From Savitreella phatthalungensis (Eukaryota), in NCBI GenBank assembly GCA_051599415.1, contig AP039693.1, forward strand, positions 620,001-684,000: 64,000 nt of DNA, read 5' to 3'. Each line of letters begins with the position of its first letter. The first letter of the stretch is position 1. Below the pieces are notes generated by a model. That model made no database searches, was not told the origin of the DNA, and worked only from the letters and a program-made list of their open reading frames with translations. Below are positions 1 to 11,000 of the stretch, in pieces. The translations under genes were made by a program, and so were the position numbers.

Positions 1-713
1 GTAGCAAGCAAGGTCTCGTCTCCCAATTCGCACCAAAGCAGCTCTACACCATCCCGCGTGCTTCTCTCGACCCAATCTTCGACGAGACACACTCCCTCCT
101 CAACTTCATTGTTGGTGAGGTTCAGCGTCTACTCTTTGTCCGCAACGTGAGACACTCCCTTGTTGCATTCGCCAGCAGCTTTGTTGCCTACAACCTCATC
201 AAGCTCCTCCCACTCTGGGGTTTGCTCATCATCGGAACCCTCCTTGCCTTTGCCCTCCCGCCACTCTACCTCCGTCACCAGCAAGCGATCGACGCACAGC
301 TTCAGAAGGCAGCGGAGATCTCACAGCAGCACTACAACAATGCCTACGAGACCGCTTCCAAGCAGGCTTCCGAACTCGCAGACAAGGCTCGCACAACTGT
401 CATCGACCTCGGCAACAAGGCAGGCGTCGACGTCCGCCCGTATATCTCCGGTCCAGGACCCGTCACATCCACCTCTGTCCAAGACGAACTCGCCAAGCAG
501 CCGATCCTGACCGATGCAAAGCCTAAGGCCGACGGTGTCCTTACGAACAAGGTGCCGACGACCGGTGCCTCTTCCGCATCAGCAGCCGCACCATCTACGG
601 GCTCTGCCACGAAGAGCCCACCGACGGGTGAGCACGTTGCTGACAAGACTGCTCATGACGACAACTTGCCAGCCGTCAAGGCGGTGAAGAACGAGGACTC
701 GATTGCGGTCTAG
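1..713 (+). CDS. RTN1: Reticulon-like ER-shaping protein, 5'-truncated by the window edge
   Basis: Frame is open from base 3 (SKQGLVSQFAPKQLYTIPRASLDPIFDETHSLLNFIVGEVQRLLFVRN...). It has the reticulon second hydrophobic hairpin ending LAFALPPLYLRHQQAID, then a low-complexity tail; TAG at 711-713. Confidence 0.85.
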   Translation, partial: SKQGLVSQFAPKQLYTIPRASLDPIFDETHSLLNFIVGEVQRLLFVRNVRHSLVAFASSFVAYNLIKLLPLWGLLIIGTLLAFALPPLYLRHQQAIDAQLQKAAEISQQHYNNAYETASKQASELADKARTTVIDLGNKAGVDVRPYISGPGPVTSTSVQDELAKQPILTDAKPKADGVLTNKVPTTGASSASAAAPSTGSATKSPPTGEHVADKTAHDDNLPAVKAVKNEDSIAV

Positions 714-820
714 ATTTAGCCACCGAGATTCGTCACCATCACGTGACCTCAGCTCCTGCTCGAAACACATCGCCCTTTGCGACTGTGAGACCAAACTAGA
801 ACCGACCAATTCGACGCCAA

Positions 821-848
821 GACAAGACAAGACAAGACGAGACAAGAC
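821..848 (+). repeat. (GACAA)n pentanucleotide microsatellite between convergent RTN1 and USO1
   Basis: gacaa gacaa gacaa gacga gacaa gac read directly. Confidence 0.8.
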
Positions 849-1066
849 TCATCCAAACCAAGAGAAAGAGAGAGGGAGACACAAAGACTAAGAAGAGGCG
901 GAGACACAAACTTATGTGGACCGCTTTCACGTACGCCATATGACCCATCCTCGACCTAACCATTACTACAATCCTTTTTGCGAAATTTTGTCTGCGTGAG
1001 TGCGTGAGTGCGTGCGTGCATCCCGTTTCCGCATCTATTCGCGTGATGTTGGTGGCTGACTGGAGC

Positions 1067-4000
1067 TCACTCGTCTGCATTGTCATCCGCAGCATCCATC
1101 AGCAGCATCAGATCCTCCTGAGTCTGTTCGAGCTGTCCGGCAAGTTCCTCCTTCTCCTTCTCCAATGCCGCAACTCTCGCTTCCAAAACCTTCACTCGCT
1201 CATCCTCCTTTCCCTCCACCACCTCAACCTCTTTCACCTTCTCGAGCGCACCCCGAGCAACCGCTTTCGACTTGTCTACTTGTGCTCGAAGCTTCTCGAT
1301 CTCTCGCTCGTGGTCTCGCCGAAGGACCTCGATCTCCTTCTCGTGTTTCTCGACATACCGCTTCTCCAAATCCGCAAGCGCGCCTGTATGTGCACGGCGT
1401 TTGCGATCACCAACCTCACGCTCACGATCTACCACCTCCGAGTGCTCTCTCTTCAGCTCACGAACTTCAACCGCGTGAGCTTCACGAAGACTGTCGAGTG
1501 ATGCGGCGTGATCGGCTTTCAGGTTGGCGAGAGTGGTTGCTTGGGTTTCGGAGGTGGAGTCGGTAGCGGTTTTGCTTGCGTTCTCGAGCGCGGCGGCGTG
1601 AGTGGATTCGAGGGCTTCCAGTTCTTGAGCGTGAGATGCTTTGGCTGCGTCGAGGGCGGATGTCGCTCGAGCGAGCTCGGTTGCGTGTTGGTCACGCAGG
1701 CGTGACAGTTCAGCGGTGTTTGCATCCCGTGCTTGCGAAAGCTCCGAAGAGCTCTGGTCTTGTGCGAGTTGTAGTGCTTCCAAGTGCTGCTTCTTCAGGA
1801 CCTCTACAGCAGCCTGGGCGCCAGACTTGGCCTTGTCGAGAGCCTCGCGCACCCGCTTGTCGGCCTCGAGGCTTGCCACCTCTCGCGCTTTCTCGATAGC
1901 CTGATCGTGACCAGCCAATGCTTCCGACAGCTTACCGCTTGCTTGATCGCGCGCCCGCTCCGCATCCTCCCTTCGCTCGCGCTGCAGCTGGAGATCTCGA
2001 TCGTGTGTTTTTTGTAGATTTTCGAGCTCTGCTTTTGCACCCTTGAGCTCCTGCTCGAGATCGCGTGCTTGTCTTCTGGCGGATTGAGCTACTTCCTCGG
2101 CGCGGTTCTTCGCCTCGCGGGCCTTCTGTAGCTCCTCGTTCAGTGAAGTAAGCCGTCGATCATCTTCAGCTGTCTTGGCCTCAAGCACCTCGACCCGCGA
2201 GCCTGAAGTACGCGCTTTGCCCTCTAGCACCCCTAGTCGCTGCACTAGCTCGTCCTTCTCCTTGTGCGCATCGGCCAGCTGCTTTTCCACAAAGCTTCGC
2301 TTGGAAGCTTCCGAGCCAGATGCTTCTTGTAGTTTCTCATTCAGGTCCTGTGCAACTTTGAGCTCCCCTTCGATCCGACGGGTCGCGTCTTTGATCTTCT
2401 GCAATTCCTCTTGTGTTGTAGTGAGTTGCTTTTTGCTCTCAGTCGCTGCCGCCTTGGCCGCCGCAAGCTCTTCTTTCGTCTTACCGGCTTCGCCGGCATC
2501 TCGCTCTTGTTTTCCGCGCAAGAACTTGACCTCATCGCGAACGCGCGTCAGCTCTTCTTGCCTAGTACGCAGGTGGGAAATCGCCTCGTTTAGACCATTG
2601 GTCTTGAAGTCCAGTTGCTCTTGCAATTGTATGATGTAGTCTTCAGTGGCTTGCGTCTCCGCCTGCTGTCGTGTCAGCGGCGGGAGAGGAGGCTGGTCGA
2701 CCGATCGCCGAATCGTGCCATACTCGTCCCGAAAGAAGTCACAGAAGCTTGGATGCAGCAAAGGAGGATCTAGAGTCCGTAGTATAGTACGCTCATCGTA
2801 CATATCCTCGACTGCCGACAGACGATGGATGGCGCGGCGGACGCGCGACCGACCGATCCGCAGCACCATCGGCTGTAGAGTCGCTCGCTTCACCGGTGTC
2901 TCTTCAGCGAAGTCGAAAGCGTATGCGACGCTGATGAGGGTCGCAGTCAATCCTGACAGTACCAAGTTCAACGTCTCGTCCTGTAGTGCGCTCAGCAGAG
3001 CTTGTAGCGTTCCTGGCTCGTTTAGGAAGTCTGCGACGTTGTCACGAGAGTCGTAGAGCCATACGCTCAGTAACATCATGAGTGCGGCCGATGCACGTAT
3101 GAGGCCACGCTGTAGTGCGATGATGAGGTTGCCACTGACCATGTTGATGATTGAGACAGGCTCTTCGCCTTCCTCCGCAGACGAGATTCCGCAGACCATC
3201 GATTTCGCTTCTTCGTCCGCCAGAGTCAGCTGCAGGATCGTGCACGCCGCAAACCAGGTGTCAAGCTCGCAATCAGGACTCACGGGTCTCAGGAGAGCCT
3301 CGAGGACATTGCCCTCGCTTTCAGCCTGGTACGAATCCACCATGCTTTGCACGACTGAGAGCTTCCGGTCTCCATCGCCGCTTGCAAAGCTTCGAATACA
3401 TTGACTAGCGGCATAGCGCATTGCAAAGTCGTCGATCTGTCCGCTAAGGAGGATTCGCAGAAGTGGGAAGATATCGTCACTAGACGTTCCCGTGACAAGG
3501 CTTGATGCCTTGACAAGGTATTGCTGAGCCTCTGCATGGTCGTCCATGATGTCTGCGAGAGCAAGCAGGGCTTCTGTCCTGATCGTCACTGGTACAGACG
3601 CGTGTAAGCTATATGCAACGATCTGGGTCAGGACACCAGCTCTCATCAGTGCGGACTGGCTGGCTTTTCGTTCGGCGCTCTCTCGACGAACAAACAGTCG
3701 GACCAGCGCAATGGAGCCGGTCACGTTCCGGACGACATCCCGGCTGAAGGCCGTGTTGTCTTTCTTGTCGATCGCCTGCAAGAGTGATGACATGAACCGA
3801 AACAGCTCGAGCTCGCGGAACCACGACTGATTCGATGCGTTGTCCTCGACGAGGTTGTGGAGGAGTAGCAGGCAATCTGTTACCGGCACACCACCGGCTA
3901 AGCCTCCTTCATCGTCGATGATCATCCGAACCTTGTCCAACGCATTCTCGAACGCAATCCGTTTCTGTATGTCGGTGTGTCCCTTTGCTAGTCTGACGAG

Positions 4001-4534
4001 CAGTAGAAGTGCTTCGAACTTGATCTGCTCACGGGCGTCGTCGAGAATTCCTACCAGGGTGCCAATGCCGTCGGCCGAAGACATAATGCAGTCTTGCAGC
4101 TGCGTCGGGCGACATTCGAGCACGCAGGCCATTACTTGGAGCGCCTGTAAGCGAACGTAGTGATTCGTGCTCGCGCAAACGTCCAACAGGCTCAGCACAT
4201 TCTCTGGTCGGAGCGTGAACTCGTCTGCTATCCATAACGTGGTGTCGTCGATCGTTCCAGACCCCGTGGTTCGCACTCGAAACAGAAGCAGAAGACATTC
4301 TAATGTCGCTTTCAAGGTCTCCTCGTCTTCTCGATCGATGTTGAGAGACTTGAGAAGACCCCGAAGCCCTGCCGCAGTGACCTGCTCCTTGTATTCGTGC
4401 GCGAAGCCCTTCAATGACAAGACTCCCGCGCGTCGGTCCTCGAGCAACGTGGCATGCTCGAGGCGATCGCATACGACTTGTATGGCAGCATCGACGCTCT
4501 GCTTCTCGGGCGCGAGCGATGACAGTAGCGACAT
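1067..4534 (-). CDS. USO1: Uso1/p115 ER-to-Golgi vesicle tethering protein
   Basis: 1155 aa. p115 head motifs (DRLEHATLLEDRRAGVLSLKGF; IQKRIAFENALDK; NASNQSWFRE), long coiled coil, and a C-terminal EDLMLLMD plus acidic tail. Confidence 0.95.
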   Translation of the reverse strand: MSLLSSLAPEKQSVDAAIQVVCDRLEHATLLEDRRAGVLSLKGFAHEYKEQVTAAGLRGLLKSLNIDREDEETLKATLECLLLLFRVRTTGSGTIDDTTLWIADEFTLRPENVLSLLDVCASTNHYVRLQALQVMACVLECRPTQLQDCIMSSADGIGTLVGILDDAREQIKFEALLLLVRLAKGHTDIQKRIAFENALDKVRMIIDDEGGLAGGVPVTDCLLLLHNLVEDNASNQSWFRELELFRFMSSLLQAIDKKDNTAFSRDVVRNVTGSIALVRLFVRRESAERKASQSALMRAGVLTQIVAYSLHASVPVTIRTEALLALADIMDDHAEAQQYLVKASSLVTGTSSDDIFPLLRILLSGQIDDFAMRYAASQCIRSFASGDGDRKLSVVQSMVDSYQAESEGNVLEALLRPVSPDCELDTWFAACTILQLTLADEEAKSMVCGISSAEEGEEPVSIINMVSGNLIIALQRGLIRASAALMMLLSVWLYDSRDNVADFLNEPGTLQALLSALQDETLNLVLSGLTATLISVAYAFDFAEETPVKRATLQPMVLRIGRSRVRRAIHRLSAVEDMYDERTILRTLDPPLLHPSFCDFFRDEYGTIRRSVDQPPLPPLTRQQAETQATEDYIIQLQEQLDFKTNGLNEAISHLRTRQEELTRVRDEVKFLRGKQERDAGEAGKTKEELAAAKAAATESKKQLTTTQEELQKIKDATRRIEGELKVAQDLNEKLQEASGSEASKRSFVEKQLADAHKEKDELVQRLGVLEGKARTSGSRVEVLEAKTAEDDRRLTSLNEELQKAREAKNRAEEVAQSARRQARDLEQELKGAKAELENLQKTHDRDLQLQRERREDAERARDQASGKLSEALAGHDQAIEKAREVASLEADKRVREALDKAKSGAQAAVEVLKKQHLEALQLAQDQSSSELSQARDANTAELSRLRDQHATELARATSALDAAKASHAQELEALESTHAAALENASKTATDSTSETQATTLANLKADHAASLDSLREAHAVEVRELKREHSEVVDREREVGDRKRRAHTGALADLEKRYVEKHEKEIEVLRRDHEREIEKLRAQVDKSKAVARGALEKVKEVEVVEGKEDERVKVLEARVAALEKEKEELAGQLEQTQEDLMLLMDAADDNADE

Positions 4535-5900
4535 CTACCGCATTATAGGGCTCTTGTTCGATACGTTGCCGGCTGTGCGCAGACGCTTAAATCATAAATC
4601 ATGTGTGCATTCAGTTTGACATTTCTGAGGTCAATCGGGCATATTTCGATAAGGCTCCAAGAAGCAGGTCTCATGCACCTATCCGCAGACAGAGACGTTT
4701 CGACCGAACAGGACGCTTCCAAACGCCGGCAGTAGGAGGCAAATCGCTGTCACGGCTGAGTCGCGAGTCTGCCCAGAGTTTCTCCGATGCGAACGGACAT
4801 ACAACTCTTATACTTGCCGTCGTGCTAACCAATGTCGAACACATGAGCTCGTCTATGTCACGTGTTCGTCCTATGTGGAGCCGGTCTTTTGTCAGGGTGG
4901 CTCATAACGGGCAGTGCCATACTCGATGGCTCATGCAGTATTGTCGTTTTATCCGCCGTCAGCAAGCTGGACCATCCCTCGGTGTCGCTTGCTTTACTGC
5001 TGAGCGTCGGAACCATTGAATCAGTGTTGTCTGTTAACAATGACTTGCGGATTCTGTAGACAGTCAGCGACGATTCTACATCACTCATGTCACTTATCGC
5101 CATTGCCTGTCATAAACCTACCACGTCAATGTATAGGCAAAAGATTGGCGATGACATGATTTCTCCGAGCGAGCTACGCACTACAGAAGCCGACACTGCA
5201 TGTATGGAGGAACATCCCGGACCTCCAGACGATGAAGTCCACAGGAAAGAAGGGGACACGTTGTCAGGGTGGCCATTTGCATTACTCGCTTGTGCAAGGA
5301 ATCGAGTTTTCAGACGAATGCATAAAAACATCTGTGCAGCGCACGCGCAGTACAGACAGGGATTCCTCCATGCAGTAGTCACGTGTGACATCACTAGGCG
5401 AAGATGCACTAGCTCAGCATCGCACAAGGCTCTACTCACTCTGTAGCTGATACATCAATGCGCGTACACAGCCAACGGACAGCGGAATATATATGAAATA
5501 CGATTGTAGAACCACGCCCGTGTGCTCCATCTGGCTCGAACCGCAGCAGAACGTTAAAGGACGAAATGACGTGGGCCACGAACTCGAATGTATTGATTAC
5601 ATCGATCATGGGACGATGCATGCAGTAGGGAAGTCTGATTGCTCTCCTTCCCTGACTCTCTGTGTGTGTAAATCGTACTGACGGCAATCATGCAGGGCGC
5701 ATGCACTCCTGCGACGCGTCGAAACCCGGGAGTCGCCTGCTCCAATGACTCCTCACTCTTTGCAGTCTGACTGCCAAAGGAAACTCCAGTGAGCGAGTCC
5801 AGCACCAGCACTGCATGATTCAAAACATGGACACGACGTCAGGAGCAGGCAAACAAGACAAAATTTGAAATAAAATTCGGATGTAATCGAGGTGAAACAT

Positions 5901-5948
5901 TTCGAAAAAGAATTCGAATTCGAATTCGAATTTGGGAATTCGAAAAAG
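5901..5948. repeat. (GAATTC)3 palindromic array flanked by a TTCGAAAAAG direct repeat
   Basis: GAATTC at 5910, 5916, 5922 and 5936; TTCGAAAAAG at 5901-5910 and 5939-5948. Confidence 0.85.
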
Positions 5949-6203
5949 GTGCATCTGTCGAGTCGCAGGTGAAATCGGCGCCATAGTAAAATTGGTGAAA
6001 TTCAGTGTCGCACCTGCCACTTAAACCGGCCAAATTCCAGGACGACTTAGAGCGACACAACTGATCGGTTTCGAGCATCTGAATAGTGGTGTCACTTGGA
6101 CAATCAGCCCAATTTGCAAATTCGGACCACGTTCATTCAACTTCGGCTAGATTTCACCTTCATCAGATCTGAAAGAATGAATAAATTGGCAAAAAAGAAA
6201 AAC

Positions 6204-6297
6204 ACGCGTCCACACCGTCAACACTTCGGCTGTGAAAACGCGTGTCTCGTTTGAGCCGCCGCTTTGAATCCTGCCCATTATCCTGTATATAAACCCC
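6204..6297 (+). promoter_or_regulatory. Histone H3 proximal promoter: two MCB-type ACGCGT boxes and a TATA box
   Basis: ACGCGT at 6204-6209 and 6238-6243, each preceded by an A-rich run; TATATAAA at 6286-6293, about 75 nt before the ATG. Function is inferred from the yeast MBF/MCB system. Confidence 0.6.
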
Positions 6298-6366
6298 TAT
6301 CCCCGTCCCCAGATCCAAACACACATCACACATCTTCCCACATCCCCAAACACACAATCACATACA

Positions 6367-6786
6367 ATGGCTCGTACGAAGCAGACAGCACGTAAGTCGA
6401 TCGGTGGCAAGGCCCCTCGCAAGCACGTCGCACTCGCCAACAAGGCTGCCCGCAAGTCTGCGCCTGCGCAGTCTGGTGGTGTCAAGAAGCCCCACCGTTA
6501 CAGGCCCGGAACTGTCGCTCTCCGTGAGATCCGCAAGTACCAGAAGTCCACCGAGCTGCTCATCCGCAAGCTTCCTTTCCAGCGTCTCGTTCGTGAGATT
6601 GCCCAGGACTTCAAGACCGACCTGCGTTTCCAGTCATCTGCCATCGGCGCACTCCAGGAGGCCGTTGAGGCATACCTCGTCTCCCTGTTCGAGGACACCA
6701 ACCTTTGCTCCATCCACGGTCGCCGTGTTACCATCCAGCCAAAGGACATGCAGCTCGCTCGTCGTCTGCGAGGCGAGCGCTCGTAG
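6367..6786 (+). CDS. HHT: Histone H3 with a divergent, extended N-terminal tail (139 aa including Met)
   Basis: [10 protein letters not shown]...[16 protein letters not shown]...[10 protein letters not shown]; intronless; histone fold nearly identical to S. pombe H3. Confidence 0.98.
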   Translation: MARTKQTARKSIGGKAPRKHVALANKAARKSAPAQSGGVKKPHRYRPGTVALREIRKYQKSTELLIRKLPFQRLVREIAQDFKTDLRFQSSAIGALQEAVEAYLVSLFEDTNLCSIHGRRVTIQPKDMQLARRLRGERS

Positions 6787-7082
6787 AGTGCCTCTTGTCT
6801 ACGTCTAATCTTGACGCAAGAGCTACCCATAAATAGCTCTCTGTATAAAGCCTCCTTACGCACACACACTATACTTTACTTGTTTATGACCATGCACTAC
6901 TATACTACCCTTTCCCTCGAAATCGAATGCACGTGATCCAACCCCGTGCCGGTTTCACGGGAATATTGGATCGATTAATTACGTGAACAGTATTCTGCAT
7001 ACAGCCAGCCTAGGTTGACGAACTGTATTCATGCGACTGAGTTTATATGCATATAGATTCGTACATGACTAATCCGGATGCA

Positions 7083-7227
7083 TGCGTGAGTATCCATTTC
7101 ATGGAGTGCGTGAATATTCATTTCATGGAGTACATGTAAACTATGACTGCCAAGGGTGTATAGATCGATACACAGATCAATACACAGCTAGGTTTATACA
7201 CATATAATGATAAACAGATTGATACAC
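7083..7227 (+). repeat. Degenerate tandem repeats: 24-bp unit x2 and 12-bp unit x3
   Basis: tgcgtgagtatccatttcatggag (7083-7106) and tgcgtgaatattcatttcatggag (7107-7130); agatcgatacac (7162), agatcaatacac (7174), agattgatacac (7216). Confidence 0.8.
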
Positions 7228-8062
7228 GAATTATTGACTGATTGATTGACATACACAGCCAGTTGATGGTGGTGATGAATTCCGTATGCATATTTGACAG
7301 AAACCATCCAGCAGAAACTTGACCTCTCTTGGCCCACAGATGCCTCACATGAGATCTCAGCGCTAATTAGACCAGAACCACTAAAGGGGACGTCAATCTA
7401 GACTCCATCAAGAAGTTTAATTTTGACGGGATGATGGAAGCCGGAATGAATTGGCTGTACTGTCGAACGTCAGAATACACACCAACAACGTACAGGACGT
7501 GTCTTCGTGTGGGTGAACATTCTCATATTGCGAAAGAGGGAGAGAGCCAGGACATACTTGCGGAGAAGAGTCTGGGAACAAATTCGTGGGGACAGTGCTA
7601 GCGTGCGTGATGATCTCGCTGGACGTATGATCCTTCAACAGGCGGAAGCATTCAGAACATCGCAAGACGAGCGGATAGCCAACTGCTTACACGCTCTTTT
7701 TCCGGTGACCTCGTGCCAAAAAGACTATACAGCGCAGCTCTCCTGTTCAATCATCAAACGCGGCCGAGCTTGATTGTCTGGAGAGGTCACGGTGCTCGGC
7801 AAATCCGTATTCGAACGCGCAGTCGCCTTTCACCACGTGAGCGTCATCATGCGCAACTGAAGGGAGTTTTCCAAAATTGCATCCAGGCGGACTTTCTAGC
7901 AGCATCTCCCCAACATCCTTCTGACCTTCAAGAAGGCGACATTGATCTGTCCACGGATCCAGGACGAGCGGCACATCTCTTTGCGATCTTCTACCATACA
8001 AACGCCACATCTATACACAAGCACAGAGACATATGCGGCCGACGGCACTATCACGCCGCGGC

Positions 8063-11000
8063 ATGAGCTCCGCACACCCGCCGATGCTCAATGGCATCAC
8101 GAACGATGACCTGGTCCATACATTGCTAGACAGCCCTGAATTTGCTCGGTATGAGTTCTTCGAAGGCCTTCACGGCGACACGCGTGAGTTTGTGGTGATT
8201 CGCGGCCGCGAGAGGAGCAGCGGCATCCCGATAGCCTGCAAAATCTCTCGTCACGCACTGCGGCTCGAGCGTGATGCATTCGCCACATCCAAGCTCAAGG
8301 CTCTCGACACGCATGATTACATCGACGGCATCCGTGATGTGATCCGGATAAAGCAGGTCGGGCTTACAGCGCTCGTAATCGCCATGACAGGCGGGCATAA
8401 CCGCTTCCGAGAGCCTCATCTATTCCCATCCACGCCACTGAACGAGGTCCTTGGCTTCTGCGTCCGTGCATGTGAATGCATCGAATTCGTTCACCGCAAT
8501 GGCATGATGCATGGTGAGATTGGCACAGACTCCTTCCGCTGGAACGAAGTCACCGCCACCATGCTGCCGTTTGGATCAGGCGCAAAGTCATGGGACAATG
8601 CTCTCAGCAGTGAGAACTGGCGGGAGCTGAGTAAAGAACGAGGTATCGAGCGCAAGCTTGCCTTCCTCGCTCCCGAGCAGACCGGCAGACTCTCCACATC
8701 CCCAGATCATCGGACGGATATATACGGTCTTGCAATCTGCTTCTGGTACGTGCTGAATGGTAGACTGCCTTACGTGGGTACCCCGATGCAGGTGCTCCAG
8801 GCTGCATTATCCAAGAAATTACCCACTTCACGTGGTCCCGGCGTGCTCGAGAGCATCCTGGTCAAAGCCGCAGCAAAGCAGCCGGCTGCCCGATACAAAT
8901 CTGTCGCCGGCCTGCGTCACGACCTTTGCCGCGTTCTCGCTGGCGAGAGCGACTTCGAGCTTGGCGAGCACGATGTGTCGTCTGTCTTCACCTTGCCGAG
9001 CGCCACCATTGGCCGAGAGATGGAATCCCTTCAGCTCGTCGACTGCGTCAGACGCTTTGTTCGTGGTCGTGCAACAACGGATTTTGACGAGAATCGGTCA
9101 GACTCTGGTACGACGAGATCGAATTCGACTGTAAGCGTTTCAATGCCCTCGAATGACACTCCTTCAGTCATTTGCATATCTGGACCTGGCGGCGTCGGTA
9201 AATCATCTCTGATCGCGATACTGGCTCAGGAAGCGCGCGCTTCTGGCTATTTCGCTTCCGCCAAGTTCGACCGAGCTCGTGCCAGACCTTACTCTGCCAT
9301 CCTCAAGTGCGTGCGCTCCGTCCTCCGTCAGCTGCTTGCCGAGAATGAAGACTCTGTGCAGGAGCTCCGAGATCAGATGCGCGCCATGTCGAGTCTTTCA
9401 CAGCATGTCCAACCCATTCTCGACTTATTGCCCGAGCTGCGCAACTTCCTTGGTAGGGAGGACCAGAACATAGCGCACAGCACATCCAATTCGACCTCCA
9501 GCGCTGGATCTTCCCGTGATCTTGCCCCACAGAAAATGGTACGGCACGATTACTCGACAGGAGTCAGAGGAATGCGCTCTGGCGGAACGAAGCTACGCTT
9601 CACAAGCCTGTTCCTTGATATCCTGAAGGTGTTGTCACATCTGCGACCTATGGTGCTCGTTCTCGACGACGTGCATCAGGCTGACTCTGGATCGCTTGAG
9701 CTCATAGCCAGTATTGTGTCTTCGAAAGCCTCGATCCTCTTGTGCCTGTCGATGAGGCCGGAGCTCGACCCCTCACACGATCTAATGCGACTCTTGAGAG
9801 ACCCAAAAGTGCAGACGACCATGCTCCATCTGAGACCGCTCGGTCTCGACGCGATCACAAGCTATGTGTGCGAGACCCTCCACCGGCCCCGAGACTTCAG
9901 TCAGCCGCTCGCCGCTGTTGTTGAGGCTAAATCTGCAGGCAACCCATTCTTCGTCAAGGAAATCCTCCGACGACTTCACGACAGCGGCATCATCTACTTC
10001 AATTGGACAGCTGGGCGATGGGACTACGATCTATCACGGGTGAACCGCGACCTCGAAGACACTGTAGCCGAGGATCACTACGTTCTCCGCCGCCTCCAGA
10101 CTTTCGCCCCGAGCACACAAAAATTCCTCTGCTGGGCAGCATTCTTCGGTCGAACTTTTGAATTTAGCATGGTCTCAAAATCGATGCGCCGTGCTAATGC
10201 TCGGGACAACGGCGAGGTCGAGTCGGAAACCGAGCATGTCGCGGCTCTTCAGGCGTGTATCCAGGAAGGTCTCATTCACACCAACAAGGACGACCACTAC
10301 GCATTTGTACACGATCGCTATCTCACTGCTGCCGCTGAGCTCGCGAGTCCAGAAGCTCGGGCGAGCATGCATTTCGAGGTGGCGTTGACTTTGAGTGATG
10401 CTGGAGACGATATCTATTTCGTCGCTGATCATCTTATCCTCGCGGACACACTAGTTCGTCGGCATGAGAATGTCGATTTCTTCCGCGGCCTGATGCTCAT
10501 TGCTGGACAAAAGGCGTCGCGTTCCGGTGCACAGGCGCTTGCGCTGAGATACTTGCGGATGTGCTATGAGCTTCTCCCAGACCTCCCAGACCGGTGGACG
10601 CCAAAATACTATCCCACAACGCTCGACGTCTCAGTCAAGTATGCAGAGCTGTGCTGGTGGGAGAACGACTGCGATGGTGCTCAGTCCGTTCTTGACGAGA
10701 TCTTTGCAAATGCGACGGCTGACCCGCTTGATGTGGCCACAGCGCACGTCCTCTTGTGCCGAGTGCAACAGACTCTTGGCGAGCATGAAGCCGCTCGCAA
10801 GCAAATGACAACGTACATTGCAAAACTCGGCTATCCGATAGACAATGATCCGACTTACGAAAAGCTCGATGCAATGTTTGCCGAGCTACGTGAGGTTGAT
10901 GTCTTCGACAATATCCTCGACAAGCCATACATCACAGATCCGACCACACTCACCATCGCTATGATCACTGCTGAGGCCACAACCGCCGGTTACTGGTCAT

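Noticed and set aside
4540..5850. Short ORFs between USO1 and H3, and a possible partner H4 gene
   Set aside because: No H4 motif on either strand; the ORFs lack coding-like composition.
6367..6786. H3 gene as CENP-A or a pseudogene
   Set aside because: Near-canonical tail lysines and loop 1, intact frame, strong codon bias and a TATA box.
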